Assembly (NCBI RefSeq): GCF_000018305.1 | Contig: NC_009954.1 | Coordinates: 1,020,001 to 1,052,000 of the forward strand | From: Caldivirga maquilingensis IC-167 | GTDB taxonomy: Archaea > Thermoproteota > Thermoprotei > Thermoproteales > Thermocladiaceae | Reading direction: 5' to 3' | Length of the DNA: 32,000 nucleotides | Shown here: positions 27,710-32,000 of the stretch, in pieces | Position numbering within the stretch: the first letter of the stretch is position 1 | Layout of the letters: each line of letters opens with the position of its first letter | Notes under the pieces: model-generated | Told to the model about the DNA's origin: nothing | Seen by the model: the letters and a program-made list of their open reading frames with translations, nothing else | The model's database searches: none | Program-made: the position numbers and the translations under genes

Positions 27710-28747
27710 TTAAGTCGATACTACAGAATACACTACATTACTTAAGTTAATGCGTCTCACTAATTCATAATTATGAACCTCAGCAATAATGTACTTATCC
27801 TTAGCTAACTCAGCCAGTAGACTCATTAAGACGTCCCATGTTTCATTACTCATGCAGTAATCTAAATTATCCACCAGGAGTATATCACCTCTATTCATGA
27901 GCATCACCTGGGTTGAAACAGCCAGAATAGTCCTAAGGTGACATGGTAACGGTGCCCCAATCCTGTAGTTACCTTTACTATCCCTGAAGCCTAAGGCTAC
28001 ATTACCATTAAATAAACCAACCCTAAGGGATCTGTAACCAAGCTTAGCCATAGCCTTCCTAAGTAATCCAACATCACTATCAAACCTGGGGTTCATGAAA
28101 ATCTCAGCCAAGGCCCTAATAACCCCATCCCCATTCCTACCAATGTTATCAACATGGCTTAAGGACTGCTCCTTACCATCATACTCAAAGTAGGGGCCTA
28201 GCATATGAACCCTATGATTCATTAACTCACCCCTAATTAAACCCATTAATACCCTTGAGGACTCCAAGGCATCCTCATTACTACTTATTAATACTGATGC
28301 CTCCCCCTCAGGTACCCTTAAGGCATCTTCACTGATAAGGCTCCATGCATCAGCCACAGGGGCTTCAATGGGGTGGGTTATCATTGACCTTGAGTCATCA
28401 GCCTCAAGAACAAGTAAAGCCTTATCACTGGTCTTAATAATCTGCCTAAGTGACTTACCGTTGTACTCAATTACATACTCCAAGTGGGCTTCAGGATCCT
28501 TCAACTCAAGCCCAGTCACCTTGCCGGCTGATTCATCATTAATTCTAACCCTAACCATTATGCTGACTTTACCAAGCCAATTAATCTTAGACTTAGCGTT
28601 AACACCCATGTTGGAGAATGTGTTCCAAAGTATGTTAATTAACCTAGATTTACCTGAACCAGGGGCTCCAGTAATTAAGGTTACCGGCATTAGGTTAATC
28701 GTAGCTGAGACACCACCCTCCTCCTCAACACTTAAGCTGACTATCAT
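27710..28747 (-). CDS. ABC/SMC-like P-loop ATPase (AAA_21/COG1106-like), stand-alone
   Basis: Walker A LITGAPGSGKSRL close to the N-terminus and a distal Walker-B-like ILLVDNLDYCM (no acidic residue after the Asp). The split-ATPase layout is typical of ABC-type ATPases. Confidence 0.65.
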   Translation of the reverse strand: MIVSLSVEEEGGVSATINLMPVTLITGAPGSGKSRLINILWNTFSNMGVNAKSKINWLGKVSIMVRVRINDESAGKVTGLELKDPEAHLEYVIEYNGKSLRQIIKTSDKALLVLEADDSRSMITHPIEAPVADAWSLISEDALRVPEGEASVLISSNEDALESSRVLMGLIRGELMNHRVHMLGPYFEYDGKEQSLSHVDNIGRNGDGVIRALAEIFMNPRFDSDVGLLRKAMAKLGYRSLRVGLFNGNVALGFRDSKGNYRIGAPLPCHLRTILAVSTQVMLMNRGDILLVDNLDYCMSNETWDVLMSLLAELAKDKYIIAEVHNYELVRRINLSNVVYSVVST

Positions 28748-28868
28748 TGGTTAAAAGGGTTTATGAGCCTTTAAATGCATTAAACTAAGGGATGAGGCGT
28801 AACTTAGTTTATTCCCAAGTAAAGCTCACGTTAAATATTTTAAATATTGTTAAGTTCAGTGAAGTGAA

Positions 28869-30038
28869 ATGAGTTCAACAATAAATAAGATTGCGCTACT
28901 TAATGGGATGAGGACGCTTGGTTTCTCCCTCATCTGGCCGTACATAGGCTTAATATTGTATAAGTTGGGTTTACCATTCTGGTTAATCGGCATTTACTAT
29001 AGTGCTCAGATGCTGGTTAACATTGTTTCACAGGTAATTGGTGGTGTTTTAACAGATATCATGGGTAGGGTTAAATTAATGCTTATTGGTAACATTGGGT
29101 CAAGTATGGTTCTCATATTAACTTACCTCCTAATTAGGTTTAATACCATGATAGTGATGGTATTACTGTTGGCTCAGTCATTATTCAACAGTATGTTTGC
29201 TGTGGCTAGTTCAACCATTGTAGGTGACCTTGAGAGAGGGTTAGGTAATTTAATTAGGGCCTACTCCAGGATTAGGGTGGGGGCTAATGCTGGTTGGGCC
29301 ATTGGTCCATTAATAAGTGGTTACGTAATGTATTACTTGGGTTATAGTTACGTGTTCTTAATAACGGCATTAATTGCATTAGCCTCAACACCATTAATAT
29401 TAATGCTAAGGGGATTAGAGAGGAAGGTGGTATCGTTTAGGTTAATTAGGGTTAATGCCCCATTTGCCCTATTCCTAATACCAACAATACTCCTCTTCTC
29501 AACAATGGGGTTACTTGGCTTCGCCTTAACAACATACTATAACGTTGTGAAGCATATTGAGATCTCAGACATAGGGCTTGTATACGCTCTTAACGGATTC
29601 ATGGTTGTTGCCCTACAGGATAGGGTCGGTGGCTTCATATCAAGGAGGGATATTAGGTATTGGCTTGTTTACGGTTCATTAATCTACTATATTTCATATG
29701 GTGTAATATTCATGGTAAGTAACATCTATGAGGCATTACTGGACATGGCACTGGTAACCACGGGTGAAATCATTGTCTCACCCATAGTTCAGGCAATAGC
29801 CATGAATATGGCTGAAAGCGATAAGAGGGGCCAGTACATGGGTGTCTTCGGTTTAGCATCCAACATTGGTAGAACCATGGGTTCAGTAATGTCCAGTGAG
29901 GCTATGCAGTATATGATTAATAACCCGATCCTACTATGGCAATCCTTATCATCCCCAGCCCTAGTGGCTTCATTAATCTACCTAAGCCTATTTAAGGTTA
30001 ACCGTAGGTTAATCAATATGACTAGGCAGCTTCATTAA
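28869..30038 (+). CDS. Major facilitator superfamily transporter
   Basis: 389 aa with about 12 TM segments and the MFS loop motif GVLTDIMGRVK between TM2 and TM3. Confidence 0.8.
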   Translation: MSSTINKIALLNGMRTLGFSLIWPYIGLILYKLGLPFWLIGIYYSAQMLVNIVSQVIGGVLTDIMGRVKLMLIGNIGSSMVLILTYLLIRFNTMIVMVLLLAQSLFNSMFAVASSTIVGDLERGLGNLIRAYSRIRVGANAGWAIGPLISGYVMYYLGYSYVFLITALIALASTPLILMLRGLERKVVSFRLIRVNAPFALFLIPTILLFSTMGLLGFALTTYYNVVKHIEISDIGLVYALNGFMVVALQDRVGGFISRRDIRYWLVYGSLIYYISYGVIFMVSNIYEALLDMALVTTGEIIVSPIVQAIAMNMAESDKRGQYMGVFGLASNIGRTMGSVMSSEAMQYMINNPILLWQSLSSPALVASLIYLSLFKVNRRLINMTRQLH

Positions 30039-30082
30039 GCGTGAGTCCTCGTTACTCATCCTATTAAGCCTAGGTTAATTAC

Positions 30083-30922
30083 CTAAGCCATGGTGTTGCC
30101 GTACTTAAGTAGCATATCCCTCATTTTTAATGCATCCTGCTCCAGTAGGGGTGATTCACATATTATTGTTATATCCAAATCCTCCTTAGCCAATTCCTGG
30201 GCTAAAGGTTCAAAGGGTGGGTTATTAGTGTCTATTGGTTCATGTTCATCAACCCACTCCCCCCTCCTATACTTAACGGCGGTGAAGTGGGTGTGCATTG
30301 GTTGATTACCGAAGTACTCCCTCCACATGTTTAATATAGCCTTATAATCTATACTTCCCCCATTCCTAGCATATATGTGTCCCCAATCCACCACAGCCAC
30401 CACTTGAGGGTTATTGATCTCCTTAACAAGCTTAAAAGTCTCCTCAAGTCCACCGAATTGGCTCCTCCTAGCCATTACCTCTAAGCCAAGTTTAACGTGG
30501 CTAATCCCCTCCTTACCCATTAATTCAATTACCCTCATTACGGATTCCCTCACTGCATTATAGCATCCCTCAGGGCCTAATTTACCGTAGTAGGCTGGGT
30601 GGAAGACCACTACCGTAGCCCCCATAGCCTCCCCCCTCTCCAGGGATTCCATCAGCCTCTTAATGCTTGCCTCAACGGTACTATCCTTATCACTGCATAG
30701 GTTTATGAAGTATGGTGCGTGAATCGATAACCTAACCCCAATTTCCCTAGCCAATTTCCCAGCATTCTCAGCGTCAGTGATACTCATTCTAACTCCCCTA
30801 ACGAACTCAACCTCCATGGCGTTTAACCCAATATCTTTAACATACTTAATCCCATCCAATGTACTCCTCTTACCCTTTAAACCCATTGGTACTCCAGCCG
30901 GCCCCACGTAGACTTTAGCCAT
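30083..30922 (-). CDS. nfo: Xylose-isomerase-like TIM-barrel protein, endonuclease IV (AP endonuclease 2) family
   Basis: HAPYFINL, VVFHPAYY, LGLEVMA, VDWGHIYA and ICESP are arranged as the metal-ligand strands of Nfo-like enzymes. Confidence 0.7.
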   Translation of the reverse strand: MAKVYVGPAGVPMGLKGKRSTLDGIKYVKDIGLNAMEVEFVRGVRMSITDAENAGKLAREIGVRLSIHAPYFINLCSDKDSTVEASIKRLMESLERGEAMGATVVVFHPAYYGKLGPEGCYNAVRESVMRVIELMGKEGISHVKLGLEVMARRSQFGGLEETFKLVKEINNPQVVAVVDWGHIYARNGGSIDYKAILNMWREYFGNQPMHTHFTAVKYRRGEWVDEHEPIDTNNPPFEPLAQELAKEDLDITIICESPLLEQDALKMRDMLLKYGNTMA

Positions 30923-30983
30923 TTAGGCAAATTCAGGCTTTGTACTTTTAATTATTTTGCCCGAGACGCATTAAGGGTAGTTG

Positions 30984-32000
30984 TTAGGTAAGCCAGTGAG
31001 GCCTCTTACCCATGAAGGTTAACGCAATGCCCCTTAACTCCACTGGTAGCTCATTAACTTGACTAGCATCACGTAGTAAAACTACACGACCCTTAAGTAG
31101 GGAATCCTTAACAACACTGCCTCTAACAGTCTTAAGACTCTTGGCCACGGCTTCCTTAATACTCTTAATCCTTCTAGGCCTAATCACAAACCACCTTCCA
31201 TTCCTTATGAATGGGCCAACCACATTACTGGCGTTAAGGTACTTCTCAATGAATGCCTCAGCCTCATCAGTCCAAACAGGGGGACCCATGTGTATTTCAT
31301 ACTCAGGTAACTCAGGTTCCTCAACAGTAAGCATTACTACAATGTAATTGTCCTGCGGCGTATAGAGGCCTATGTCAATTGGTTTAAAGCCACTGCTACT
31401 CACAGTACTCCATATTGTTGATGCAATCCTCCTTAATTGACCCCAAATAATATCCTCCACGTAACCCTTAGGGTACTCACCATACAGGATTAATGTTGGT
31501 GTGGTTAGTGTTAATGATTCTGAGGGTGATTGAGCACTGTTGGTGAAGAAAACCATGCTTGGTTTCTTAAGGAAACGCCTGGATGCTGCTATGAAGATCG
31601 CCATTGAGTCTAGGGAGACGGCTGCAGCAGCATTCCTACCTGGGTCAACTGGATCAATGACAACTAATGGTGCATTAAAGTTAACTTGCTTTGATGGTTC
31701 AAGAATTATCTTAACCTTGAATGGGATCCACCTTGAGGCTGCCTTAAGAGTATTTATGAAGCCCCCGTAGGCTAACGTGATTAATTCAGTCAAGTAACCG
31801 CTGAAGCCTTGAACCTTAACCTCGGCGCCATAGACGTTAATCCTCTTCATCATTAACTTAAGTAACCTAACATCATCCTCAAGGCCACTTAACCTACCCC
31901 TTAAGTAAAGTGTGTGGAGGGGGGTTCTATCAGCGGCTGTTACTGGTTTTTCACCAGGCCTAATCCTAATGCATGGAACTACGTCAATGTTAAAGCCATT
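30984..32000 (-). CDS. cca: Archaeal class I CCA-adding enzyme (tRNA nucleotidyltransferase); 5' end lies beyond the window
   Basis: The tracked ORF (GAEVKVQGFSGYLTELITLAYGGF) continues in frame without stops up to position 32000, reading ...NIDVVPCIRI...AADRTPLHTLYLRGRL..., the catalytic-domain motifs of archaeal CCA enzymes. Confidence 0.85.
   Translation of the reverse strand, partial: NGFNIDVVPCIRIRPGEKPVTAADRTPLHTLYLRGRLSGLEDDVRLLKLMMKRINVYGAEVKVQGFSGYLTELITLAYGGFINTLKAASRWIPFKVKIILEPSKQVNFNAPLVVIDPVDPGRNAAAAVSLDSMAIFIAASRRFLKKPSMVFFTNSAQSPSESLTLTTPTLILYGEYPKGYVEDIIWGQLRRIASTIWSTVSSSGFKPIDIGLYTPQDNYIVVMLTVEEPELPEYEIHMGPPVWTDEAEAFIEKYLNASNVVGPFIRNGRWFVIRPRRIKSIKEAVAKSLKTVRGSVVKDSLLKGRVVLLRDASQVNELPVELRGIALTFMGKRPHWLT

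Overview
The window looks like a gene-dense chromosomal segment of a hyperthermophilic crenarchaeon, probably Thermoproteales-like (Caldivirga/Vulcanisaeta type). This assignment is an inference from gene content: GAPN, TrpB2, an aKMT-like methyltransferase, a class-I CCA-adding enzyme, Cdc48, deoxyhypusine synthase, and TATA boxes about 25-30 nt upstream of mostly leaderless starts. I support about 29 protein genes, one complete tRNA-Lys(UUU), one canonical C/D-box sRNA and one orphan tRNA 3' half. I see no CRISPR array, IS element, integrase or rRNA. The main second-look items are listed here. (1) A promoter-equipped tRNA 3' half with a GC-rich leader and no 5' half nearby, which is a candidate split-tRNA fragment (Gly-like). 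(2) A textbook C/D-box sRNA between metE and a DRG-like gene. (3) Two genes, a PHS-type MFS transporter and proC, whose reading frames are each restored by adding one base in a homopolymer run. (4) A Cdc48 paralogue with insertions at the equivalent lid position of both D1 (4-Cys knuckle) and D2 (about 105 aa, helical), and without a C-terminal HbYX motif. (5) A compositionally foreign GC-rich radical-SAM gene next to the tRNA loci. (6) A translationally coupled Zn-ribbon / SWIM / Trm9-like methyltransferase cassette. (7) An aKMT-like lysine methyltransferase fused to a winged-helix domain. All homology calls come from motif recognition by eye, and no database search was run.
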